From Cyanophora paradoxa CCMP329 (lineage: Eukaryota > Plantae > Glaucophyta): a DNA stretch of 64,000 nt. The notes under the pieces were generated by a model, which was given only the letters and a program-made list of their open reading frames with translations, was not told the origin of the DNA and ran no database searches. The translations under genes and the position numbers were made by a program. The stretch is from the NCBI GenBank assembly GCA_004431415.1, contig QPMI01000531.1, forward strand, positions 1-64,000. The letters are read 5' to 3'. Within the stretch, counting starts at the first letter, position 1; each line of letters starts with the position of its first letter. Positions 11,288-20,634 of the stretch are shown piece after piece.

Positions 11288-12166
11288 ATGAAGCTCCGCG
11301 TAAATGTCGATTCTAGGGACCGTTTCGAAGGCACGTCCTCAAATTTCAAGATCAATCTCCCAAGGCCCCTCGTTAATGTGAAGTCGGTGCGAGTCGATTC
11401 GCTAGAGCTCTTCCATAACATGTTCAACCTGTCAACACAAGCCGCAATTATCACCGGCACCCTTGATCCCTCTGGCGTTGAGAAAACGCGTGCTAATGCT
11501 TTCAAGCCCGGAGTCTATACGCCAACCTCCCTTGCAAACTATCTAAGTACGCTGCTTAAAACTCAGCAGTATAGTTACGGTGGAACTACTTATCAGCGCA
11601 AGTTCGTCGTTCAATTTGAAGAGATCTCAATGCGGCTTAGGTTCCTGTCCGAAGCGGATTTTATTTTGAGTTTCACATCGGCCGAACTAGCGAACCTGCT
11701 CGGGTTTGCGAAGACTCTCAGTGACCTTTCCAGTGAGCTTGACACACCTGAGACAATCGATGGCGTGCAATATTCGTACGAGCTGTTCAGCGATATGCCA
11801 GTTGATCTACTTTATCACACGTATTTGTTCCTGTACATTCAGCAGATCAAAGGCTCGATCTTGACACTTAACCCCTATACAACGGGCTCGATCGCAAAGA
11901 TTCACATCGACTCAAAATTCGGGGAGCTCATCAAGTTCACATCTGAGGATCGTGTTCCCGTCACAGGCTTCGATCGAAACGCTGAGCTGTCTGAACTTGA
12001 CATATCGCTGCGCTATCATAATGGAACAGACGCTGTCACAAACACGGAGTTCTCGTTCGTGCTAGAGTTCGATATCGAGGATGTCTCTTACACGTCTGCT
12101 GCTGCTAAATCCGCAATCAAGAATGCAGCCAGCGAGTACGTCCCCTTCGACAGATCGTTCGCATAA
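11288..12166 (+). CDS. Minor capsid (penton) protein, copy 1, intact
   Basis: MKLRVNVDSRDRFEGTSSNFKINLPRPLVNVKSVRVDSLEL and C-terminal LSELDISLRYHNG...EFSFVLEFD, the typical penton pattern of Polinton-like and large DNA viruses. Confidence 0.85.
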   Translation: MKLRVNVDSRDRFEGTSSNFKINLPRPLVNVKSVRVDSLELFHNMFNLSTQAAIITGTLDPSGVEKTRANAFKPGVYTPTSLANYLSTLLKTQQYSYGGTTYQRKFVVQFEEISMRLRFLSEADFILSFTSAELANLLGFAKTLSDLSSELDTPETIDGVQYSYELFSDMPVDLLYHTYLFLYIQQIKGSILTLNPYTTGSIAKIHIDSKFGELIKFTSEDRVPVTGFDRNAELSELDISLRYHNGTDAVTNTEFSFVLEFDIEDVSYTSAAAKSAIKNAASEYVPFDRSFA

Positions 12167-12191
12167 GTTTTTTCCCACTACTAGTTAAAAG

Positions 12192-12866
12192 ATGTCGACA
12201 GACAAGCAGTCTCGGCTGCGCACTCCGCGAAAGAAGTCGACAGACATGCAGTCTCGGCTGCGCACTCCGCAGCTTGAAGTCGCTTCCAGCCCTACTAAGA
12301 AGAATCACATCGAGTTCTTGAGTGGTGATACTAGTGCTTACCCGCTAGTCCGTCGCGCTGGTGGCGGTGAGGGTGCATCCAACGACTATGCTCTTACCGC
12401 CGACGAGAACGCTATTCTTGATAAGATCCCGAATTCGCGGACTAAGAAGACCAAGACTAGCAAACTGAAGGATACTGACGATGGGCCGCTGTACATCTCA
12501 GAGACGGCTAATCGTAGCAGGTATTTCATTAAAACTGTGACCGGTCTTAAAACAGTTTCAAAGAAGCGAGCTAGTGATCTTATAGCTGGCATCGCGGCTG
12601 AGACTATGATGGAGAACAAGGTTTTAAATGAACCTATTACTAAGACCAAGATTGATAAGAAGGTCTCTCCTCCTGCAGCTGCTGTTCCTGCTAAGACGAT
12701 CGTTGCGATCCCCGAGGTCGATGAGAATGCTAGCGAATTACCCGTAGCTAACGCATCAATCCTGCGCATCGCCTCTAGCAGTGCTGATCCTGTCGGGCCG
12801 GCGATCGAGTACAAGCCAATGCTGAGCGGCTTCACTAAGCTAGGGCTCCGGCATCGCTGGGAGTGA
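12192..12866 (+). CDS. Hypothetical basic viral protein (224 aa), copy 1
   Basis: Open ORF with upstream viral motif and duplicated STDxQSRLRTP. Conserved in copy 2 (22810-23464). Confidence 0.7.
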   Translation: MSTDKQSRLRTPRKKSTDMQSRLRTPQLEVASSPTKKNHIEFLSGDTSAYPLVRRAGGGEGASNDYALTADENAILDKIPNSRTKKTKTSKLKDTDDGPLYISETANRSRYFIKTVTGLKTVSKKRASDLIAGIAAETMMENKVLNEPITKTKIDKKVSPPAAAVPAKTIVAIPEVDENASELPVANASILRIASSSADPVGPAIEYKPMLSGFTKLGLRHRWE

Positions 12867-13457
12867 CCGCTCCATAGCTGACTACATGTAAACGCATACG
12901 CAAATACATTTATATTCGATTTATAGTACTGCTAATAACACTACAGTAGGCGATCTGACAAGGCACAACGTTTTGACCCCGTAAACCGTGGTTTCTCGCG
13001 ACAGAGATCGGATTGGACTGAGCCGCTGTGTATGCTATAGTTTCATGATCTATAATTACGAAATCCGCAGCAAGCGCGTTCAGACGCCGCAGCGTTGATG
13101 AGATCTTTAATCGTCGGGTTTGACGATTAAGATGTATGGCGGCTTGACCTCAGCACAGAAGCGCGCCAGGCGCCGGCCAAAGCGTACGCATGCTAAGTAT
13201 GATGCGGAAGAACGATAAAGCAAGTCTCCAGCGCTGGGCACCGCAGCAGTTCCGAGCTTGTGAACGTTTCGCCCTGAGACGTTCACCCTAGCCGGCTCGA
13301 GCTTGACGGCTAAATCTCCGGCTTGGTGTTCGGCTTGAAGCTTGAGGTTAGACTGCGGTTAGACCGTGGTTCGGCTGCGGTTAGAGCGGTGTCGTCGGCG
13401 GTTATACGCGTGTGGTTAGACGCCTTTCGTACGTGTGAGCGCGGTTAGCACGGTTAG

Positions 13458-14136
13458 ATGAACGAAAGGACAAGTTTCTCAGAAGCTTCCTCGACTTCGG
13501 CCGACTTGGCAGGAGCCCCAGAAGCTGCAGCTAGCACGTCCACGGTGGAACGCCAGTACAAGACATCACCCGCGCAGCGCGCAGCTGTAGCCAGGTATCG
13601 CGCGACAGAGGCAGGCAAAGTGACGAGAGAGCGCGAGAAGGAGAGCCGCCGCACTCGAGCGCGGAAAGATAAAGCTATGCCATCCAGCGACAAGCAGCTT
13701 GCAACATCGCGCGCAGCCGTACCTGCAGGCCCGCGCATTCAGAACCAACTCCAGGCGCATCACGTCCAGGCACAGATCATAGCCTTCGAGCAGCTCTTCT
13801 CGGAGTGGTTCCCTGCAGCAGCATCGTACTTCAACGATGTCTTAGCACTCAAGCAATGTCTTTGGAACAAGGGCTGCAAGGTTCGCCCGGCGGCCTCCGC
13901 TCGCTTGACGCATGCACATGGACAGTGGCTGATTGCTTGCAACTTTGCAGAGCATGGATGAATACAACATCATGATGGAGCGCCTGGAAAGCACCATGGG
14001 CTCGTTCAAGCAAGCGCGCGCGTCTCTTCTTACCTACCTTCAACAGGCCCAGCTGCAGCAGCAGGCGCAGGTGCAGGCGCAGGTGCAGGCGCAGGTGCAG
14101 GCGCAGGTGCAGGCGGAGGCGCATGCGCAGGCCTAG
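13458..14136 (+). CDS. Two-exon basic/Gln-rich protein (~202 aa), possible transcription regulator
   Basis: Phase-0 intron 13881-13950 (GTTCGC...GCTGAT...TTTGCAG) joins ORF 13458 in frame to ORF 13933-14136. Basic helix (AVARYRATEAGKVTREREKESRRTRARK) and (QAQV)n tail. Confidence 0.65.
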
Positions 14137-14352
14137 GCGCAGGCGCAGGCTTAGCTATAGCCGCAGTTAACACCTAGATAGACCTCAAGCTAGCTGGTCG
14201 GCGCGCCCGCGCACGCGCTGAGGCTTCGCTGAGGTTTTTGGCTGCGCAGGGAAGACGAACATGCGAGCCCGAGCTGGATTGCGTTTCGGCAGTTAGCTTC
14301 TCTGTACACATCAATCACGTCTAGCTTATTCCGATAGAGAGCTCTAGGAGGT

Positions 14353-14617
14353 CTCTGCAGACCGGCGCGTTTGGGGGCCCGCCTCAATTCACTGCTATAT
14401 CTTTTGCAAGATCGCTTGGTCTAGACGTTAGATATTACCTAGCGGTTGCTGGATGGAGGGGAGGTAGACCAGAGGGAGAGGAGGGCAGTAGACATAGCGG
14501 AGGGGTGGAAGAGAATGAGGGCTGGGAAGGCGCTGGAGTGGGTGAGTGAGGGGTGGGTTTGGGGGTTGAGGGTGGCAAAGAGGGCGGGCCCACCCCGATG
14601 GGGGTACTCTCATTTTT
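14353..14617. repeat. Terminal sequence of capsid-module element, copy A
   Basis: Direct, diverged repeat of 24111-24379 (CTCTGCAGACC...ACTGCTATATCTTTTGCAAGATCG...GGTAGACCAGAGGGAGAG...CTCTCATTTTT). Immediately followed by a 5'-truncated fibre gene. Confidence 0.85.
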
Positions 14618-15298
14618 AGCGAATCAATTAAATGTGAATGGGACAAGTTCATTTACAGGATTGATGACCTTCAATGGTGGACTCTTGGGAAATGTTAGCG
14701 TTGAAACTCGAAAAGCTACAACAAGAGTTAATGCACCTGAGATGGATAATGGGACAGATGCAAATGTGAATTATAAACGAAACGGAAATACCATTTTCAC
14801 TCTCGAAAAGACAATAACAGATCTGAAAGCAATCACAATCCCGGAAAATAGTGGTCTGAAACGATCCTATTGTCCAAGAATGAATATATCAAGACAAGCT
14901 CCTGGTTTGACAGGGTCCATAATACTTACAGCTGGAACACCCTTTAACTTTATAAATGGAGCTTATCTTGTAAACAATGAAGGAAACTTTCATCCACAAA
15001 ATTTACAGCTCCTGTTTCCGGAGTATATAGGGTGTTCTTTGCATGTATGAGAGCTGGCACAACCTCTTATACTCATATTGCTACCAGCATTTATTTAAAT
15101 GGAAATCCTACAACCATCCAAACAAGGGTTTCAATGCCGTCCGCAGGGATTTCTAATACATTTGTAACTCCAATTTCATATGAAATTTTACTTTCTGTTA
15201 TTGAAGGTGACTCCTTTGATATACGCAATTCTTCTGGAGCCAGTCTTCAATTTGATATCAGATACTATTTTTCTTGTTATCTTGTTACTGCTACATAA
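14616..15298 (+). pseudogene. Fibre protein 1 with C1q-like head, 5'-truncated
   Basis: ANQLNVNGTSSFTG shaft segment matches fibre 2; FTAPVSGVY C1q signature after a frameshift at ~14995; ends YFSCYLV. Confidence 0.7.
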
Positions 15299-15320
15299 TA
15301 TTATCTGTATAATATAAAGA

Positions 15321-16336
15321 ATGTCCACACAAATAGCAGTTCCTGTTTTCTGTTATGCCGCCCCAAAAATACATCAACTGAACCATACAGTAACAGATGC
15401 AACACCTGGGTTTATTTGCACAGAAACAACAGGGCTGATTCGTTTTCACAAAATTCTGTGATTAGATGCAAAGAAATTCGATGTGATCGCAATGGGGAAA
15501 AATAAGAACCACAGGACTCATTGTATCTAACAAGAACCAAGTCCAATCAGGTCAAATTGTTTCAGATACAGCAATTTATGACAATGTGGGAGGGTTCACC
15601 ACACCAAAATAGTTACTTTTGATAATACAATTAATAATGCTGCTCTTTCAGTTAGAAGTGGAGGGGCATATATTGGAGATGGGCAAGGATTGATGGAACT
15701 CTAACAGCCAATCAAGTAAACATTACAGGAACAAGCACATTTACAGGTTCAGTAACAGCCAATGGAGGCATAAGTATTCCAGAAACAACACAATCGATAA
15801 TAACAGCAACTTCCAAGGTGGTCACACCTGAAATCGATACAGGAGCAAATGTGAATCTTGTTTTGAAACGCAACAGTGATATTATGGCTACTCTGGAAGC
15901 CAATCGCTTGACAATCAACACAAATTGTTATTTAAAATATGACTATCAGCCTCGATTTTCTGTTCAACTTAATTATCCTCATGTTGCTACCAGTGAAACT
16001 GCTCTTATCAATTGGGAGTAGTGTTTGTGAATAATAGGGGGCATTCAATGTCAGTAATGGAAGGTTCACTGCTCCTGTTGCAGGTCATTACAGATTTACA
16101 GCATATACCCATTCAACTTCAAGTAGTCCAATAAGTCTCTCTTTAAAAGTAAATGACCAAGACCCAGGGGTCAAAGTATCATAACACAAAATGACTCAAC
16201 TCTTACGAATAAACCGCTTTACATTAGTGTAATTCTTAACATTGCTATGGGTGAGTATATAACACTTGTAACAAATAATGGGGGTAGCTACACAAATCGA
16301 ACAACATTCACAGGTGAACTTTTGAGTGTCACATAA
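15321..16336 (+). CDS. Fibre protein 2 with C1q-like head (frameshifted)
   Basis: Shared N-domain NSVIRCKEIRCD and ALSVRSGGAYIGDG; EIDTGANVNL; QPRFSV...FNVSNGRFTAPVAGHYRF...TTFTGELL. Confidence 0.72.
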
Positions 16337-16358
16337 ATTTTCTCTTTATAAAGTAGGA

Positions 16359-16625
16359 ATGTCGAATATCTACCAAGTAGTTCTCTCAGATACTGAGAAG
16401 CTGGGAATGGAATTCTGTGCAGCTTCTGTTCAGGATTGGATTGATAATGTGGTTCATAACAGGGCAAGAATTGCAATTGATGATATTGTTCAGAAAGAGA
16501 TCCAGTCTTGCATTGCATCAGGAATTCAAATACCAACCTCAAAGGAAGCCATCGTTTTACAGGCATTCCAAAGGGGAACTGTAAAGAAAGGTATCGAATA
16601 TAATTATGTCACAGAAGAACAATGA
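16359..16625 (+). CDS. Small phage-type fibre-associated (putative assembly/chaperone) protein, 88 aa
   Basis: LSDTEKLGMEFCAASVQDWIDNVVHNRARIAIDDIV...GIQIPTSKEAIVLQAFQRGTVK matches, from recall, small proteins encoded next to C1q-headed tail fibres in aquatic phages. Confidence 0.6.
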   Translation: MSNIYQVVLSDTEKLGMEFCAASVQDWIDNVVHNRARIAIDDIVQKEIQSCIASGIQIPTSKEAIVLQAFQRGTVKKGIEYNYVTEEQ

Positions 16626-16660
16626 ACATTATTTTTCTTTCCTTCTTAGTAAAAGAAGCA

Positions 16661-17526
16661 ATGGGTGAATATAATCGAGTTCAACTGCCTATATATTCCC
16701 TTGGATCCCTGCAATGCATTTTCGCCAGCATGAAGTAAATGATGAGGTTCGTGGTTTAGAATCCACAGAGAGACCCAATTCCAATGGCAACTCCTTTGAT
16801 AAAAATTCGATTATTCGAGTTAAAGAGCTGAGAGCTGATAAGAATTCTGGTGTGGTTAAAACAACTCGACTTCTTGTCACAAATGCTAACTTTTTCCAGC
16901 CTACCAATGGAGGTCCTGATGCTTACAGTGTTGATCTGAAAGCCCTTGATTTCGATAAGAATTCTGCTGCTGTTACTGTGAGATCAGGAGGAGCATTTAT
17001 TGGGGGTGGCTGTCGAATTTCAGGTCAGCTTTCATCCTCAATTTCGTATAATGATGTCCCAGATACTCTAGAGCAAAATGTAGAAGACCCCCAACGAATT
17101 CGATTATATACTCCTGTTGCACAGCAGCCATTAATTCAATTTTACATTGGATATACTGTTACTCTTGAAAACTCGGAATTAATTGAAGGAACCAAAAGAG
17201 TACTGAGAGGTCTTGCGATTCCATCTGCAATGCTTTCCCTTTGTAGAGCCAACAACAATCAAGTAGGTCATAGATACTATTTCAATGTTCAGGGATATAA
17301 TCATTTCGGTTATGGCTACTGTGTTTATAATAATAATTTCACCTTTGACTTGTTTGTTACTGATATTGGGTTATATACTATAACTCTTATCGGTTTGAGA
17401 ACAGATATAGCCGCTGTATCAGCTCTTAGAGGTGTAACTCCTGATACTCTTTCAGTTACAGGGTTTTACATGGAGCCAGATGTAATTGATGACCCAACCC
17501 ATAAAAGATATATCCCTTTAATGTAA
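16661..17526 (+). CDS. Fibre paralogue 3 (one early frameshift)
   Basis: NSIIRVKELRADKNSGVVKTTRLLVTNANF and AVTVRSGGAFIGGG; non-C1q C-terminal beta domain ending LIGLRTD. Confidence 0.7.
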
Positions 17527-17527
17527 A

Positions 17528-18378
17528 ATGGCTGAGCAACCCCACTTGAACGAATTATTACACCTCAACTATCATTAGCTGCCCCAGCAAACCATGTTTT
17601 ACAGCATGCTACCTTTGATGATGTAGAGGGTCTCCAATCCACAGAGGTCCAACCTACAATGAACACCTTTGGTTCCACCCACAAACTGAGATTACAGGAA
17701 CTCAGATGTGATAAAAATAATGGAATAGTTAAGACAACTAAGCTACTTGTCACAAATGCAAACTTTTCTGCTCATTATGGAGACCCAGATAGCTATGGAG
17801 ATCCTCTGTCTACTTATTCTTTTGAATCTAGGTCGGGAGCTATTAACTGCAAATCGGGGGGAGCATATATTGGGGATGGTCTTAGGGTTGGTGGGGCTGT
17901 TGGAGCGCCTTTATTTGTGAATGATCAACCCAATCCCATTGATCCCAACACAAGAATTCGAACCTATGTCCCCAGCATGAATGCCCCCTATATAATAAAA
18001 ATATTCCCCATTGTTGTAAATGAACAAACAGCAGTAGTAGACTCTCTTGTTGAAATTGGTGACCACTACAAGGTAGTTGTGGATATCCCACCAGATGTTT
18101 ATGCTCTTTGTCAAGTAGAGGGTGGAACTCCTAATTTTGCTGTTGTGATCACCCCATATGATAATTTCGGAATTGCTTATCATGGAGTCAATTTTGGTTT
18201 GGAAGATTATCAGTTTCTGGTTAGAGCCACCAAGTTTGGTATCTACAAGTGTGTATTATATGCTGAGAGAACCGATTTTATTGCAAAGCAGAATACCTAT
18301 GCTGAATACTATGGACAAATCGATATTTCCCCATTTTTGGGCAGGATACTGCTCCATAAGAATATTGGTTATATATAG
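17528..18378 (+). CDS. Fibre paralogue 4 (one early frameshift)
   Basis: LRLQELRCDKNNGIVKTTKLLVTNANF and AINCKSGGAYIGDGLRVGG; C-domain VDIPPDVYALC...VITPYDNFG...LYAERTD, similar to paralogue 3. Confidence 0.7.
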
Positions 18379-18381
18379 AGT

Positions 18382-18654
18382 ATGGATAGTAAAACAAAAA
18401 AGTTTATTGATGCTGCTATGACAGTTCATGGTAAAGATAAATTCGATTACAGTGAGACACATTACATCAAAGCTCAAGAGAAAGTATCTGTGAGATGTTT
18501 GCAGTGTAACAAGGTGATCCTTACATATCCCTTTAATCATGTGAAGGGATCAGGTTGTAGGGAATGCAACAAAAAGCATTCTCAGGCTTACAGGAAAAGG
18601 GCTACTTCATCAATCAAAGTAGAGTACAGGGATATTTGCATTAGGTTCGATTAG
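18382..18654 (+). CDS. DUF723/CapR-like zinc-ribbon protein
   Basis: FIDAAMTVHGKDKFDYSETHY...KVSVRCLQC...PFNHVKGSGCREC, the DNA-binding repeat of viral homing/Vsr-like nucleases, here without a nuclease domain. Confidence 0.75.
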   Translation: MDSKTKKFIDAAMTVHGKDKFDYSETHYIKAQEKVSVRCLQCNKVILTYPFNHVKGSGCRECNKKHSQAYRKRATSSIKVEYRDICIRFD

Positions 18655-18683
18655 GATTAATTAATTTTTCTAAGGTATTCTTA

Positions 18684-19082
18684 ATGGAGACTAAATACAG
18701 AGGCTTTCATGTAATGCTTGATTACAAGGCTAAAACAGCTATAGCAACAGGTTATGAGCATGTTAGCTTTCTTGGTAATTGGATTATGAGAACCCTTGAA
18801 CAAGCAGTATTGAGACAAGGTATTAGGATTGTTCATAAGCATTGTGAGATATTTGATGGCAAACTATCACCTCCTGGTTTTGCATTGGTTCTGCTATTAG
18901 ATGAAAGCCATTGCACAGCTCATTGTTATTCCAATGAAGGCATGTTAGCAATTGATATATTCAGTTGTGGTAAAGAAGCTCAGCATAAAACACAAGCAGT
19001 TGCAGATGAGATCGATAAAACAATGAATTTCTTAACATTTGAGAAGACTGAGAGACATAAACATGATAGATTCCCGTTTTGA
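18684..19082 (+). CDS. speD: S-adenosylmethionine decarboxylase proenzyme, short prokaryotic type
   Basis: Intact 132-aa ORF with G.H..LD at the N-terminus, GFALVLLLDESHCTAHCY (ES self-cleavage site) and AIDIFSCG. Confidence 0.9.
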   Translation: METKYRGFHVMLDYKAKTAIATGYEHVSFLGNWIMRTLEQAVLRQGIRIVHKHCEIFDGKLSPPGFALVLLLDESHCTAHCYSNEGMLAIDIFSCGKEAQHKTQAVADEIDKTMNFLTFEKTERHKHDRFPF

Positions 19083-19359
19083 TGGGTTTCTATAATGATA
19101 AACAGGGTAATTTACCTTTTTTATTACAATGGCAATCGTTAAAAAAGGATATAATATATCCTTTCCTACAATAGCTTTCTACAATGATTTTCTTTCTACA
19201 GTAGCTTTTGTTACAATAGAATTCTACTGTATGATGTAGCCGAAATATGAATGCACCCTACATTAAGCAATGTCAAGTATTTCGAATACTATTCGATTTC
19301 CTTACAATAACACTCAGCATCTCCCTTGATTCCCCTATTATATTATATTTATATTTAAG

Positions 19360-20067
19360 TGGACTCAAGGTTGACTCATATTAATCGTAAAGTAGTAAAA
19401 GTATATGGATTTTGTTACGAATTCAATGCAAGGGTTGACTAAGTGGGTTGAGTTGACTCAAATTTCACAGGAAATATTTGGGACCTAAAGTTTTCTAAAA
19501 AGGATTTCAAAAAATGTGTCAACTCCCCCCACTTAGTCAACCCTGACCATAAACAGTAAGGATTTGGGCTAACATGTATCACAAAGTGAACATATTGAGT
19601 CCACTTAGAAGATCCACTTTTGAAATCCAAGTTGATTTTGCTTGAAATTTCAAAGTTGATCTAAAAGTGAGTCCACCCTGATTGATTATGGTAACAAAGT
19701 TGACTAAGTTGACTAAGTTGAGTCATCTTAAGAAATTCAAGGAGACTAAGAGTTCAAATTGTTTATGAAAAGTGAGTCAACTTAGACCACTTATGGTAAC
19801 AAACTTAAATATTTAATTGATTTAATCGGAAAAGAACATGATTTAATCGAATTTATTGATATAATTCCGATTAGATTCATTTAGGATTCAATTAAGATCA
19901 ATCGAAGTTATTGATATAATTCCGATTAACTACAATTAAGATACAATATCGATTAATCGAGTTTATCGATATAACATCGATTAAATTAATTGAAAATGCA
20001 TTTAAAAATATGAAAATTCATGTGAAAATTCAAATAAATTAATCGATTTTATTGATATAACATCGAA
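19360..20067. repeat. Iteron-like subterminal repeats of the AT-rich fibre/speD element
   Basis: Many GTTGACT(A/C)A / TGAGTC(A/C)A motifs in both orientations (19360-19790). Four ~30-bp units ATTTAATCGA.TTTAT(T/C)GATATAA(TTC/CAT)CGA (~19840-20067). Confidence 0.75.
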
Positions 20068-20069
20068 TC

Positions 20070-20142
20070 ACACATATGAATATTCATATTTTAATCCTGA
20101 GGCGGAACGCCGAGGGATTAAAATATGAATATTCATATGTGT
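20070..20142. other. Perfect 28-bp inverted repeat with internal GGCG-GAA-CGCC mini-hairpin; probable element terminus
   Basis: ACACATATGAATATTCATATTTTAATCC (20070-20097) is the exact reverse complement of 20115-20142. The ATPase frame runs into it and loses homology. Confidence 0.9.
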
Positions 20143-20634
20143 AGTGTTGAACTCTTTAACATTGCTCAAAATCGACGAAAAGCAAACGTACTCACAGTTC
20201 CGCCGAATCGTCGGACTGATGCCACAAAGACGTTGAGTCGTTATGAAAAGGGTGGTGTTGTAATGACGGCCAGAAGTAAATAGCTTTTGCATGAGTCTGT
20301 CACTGTGGACATTTACTAGGTCATTGTCAAGTAAATCGTCTAAAACAATTGCAATCTTGCGATCATCATTTTTGCGTCTTCTTTCTTTTTGTCGTTCTAG
20401 CAGCGCTTCAACCAAAACTGGATCCCATTCTTCCTGGATATTACTTGGTCGTGTTGTATCATTCCATTGCCCAGTAAATGCGGTCGTACTGAAGACGTAA
20501 ATATCGTCTAACTGTGGCGCTACAGCATTTAGCACGTGTTTTACGTAGGTGCTCTTGCCCGAGTTTGTTGGACCGACAAACAAGAACCGTTTAGGCAGTT
20601 TTATTTCTGTAGGATCAAACAGTTTGATATCCAT
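20143..20634 (-). CDS. A32/FtsK-HerA-like genome packaging ATPase, 3'-truncated
   Basis: Walker A GPTNSGKST, Walker B IAIVLDDLL, FTSGRHYNTTLFITTQ and ISPTIRRNCEY. Confidence 0.92.

Noticed and set aside
13346-13457. GGTTAG motifs as telomeric repeats
   Set aside because: Dispersed and mostly lacking GGG; not a tandem TTAGGG array.
14616-18378. Diversity-generating retroelement acting on the fibre genes
   Set aside because: No reverse transcriptase in the window and no near-identical TR/VR pair differing at adenines; the paralogues are deeply diverged.
16359-19082. Bacterial or phage contamination suggested by speD and the phage-like ORF
   Set aside because: The genes share the upstream motif of the eukaryotic viral genes and are contiguous with them; long-read confirmation is still desirable.
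20068-20142. C-terminal tail of the ATPase ORF (THMNIHILIPRR...)
   Set aside because: It is translation through the hairpin, not ATPase sequence.
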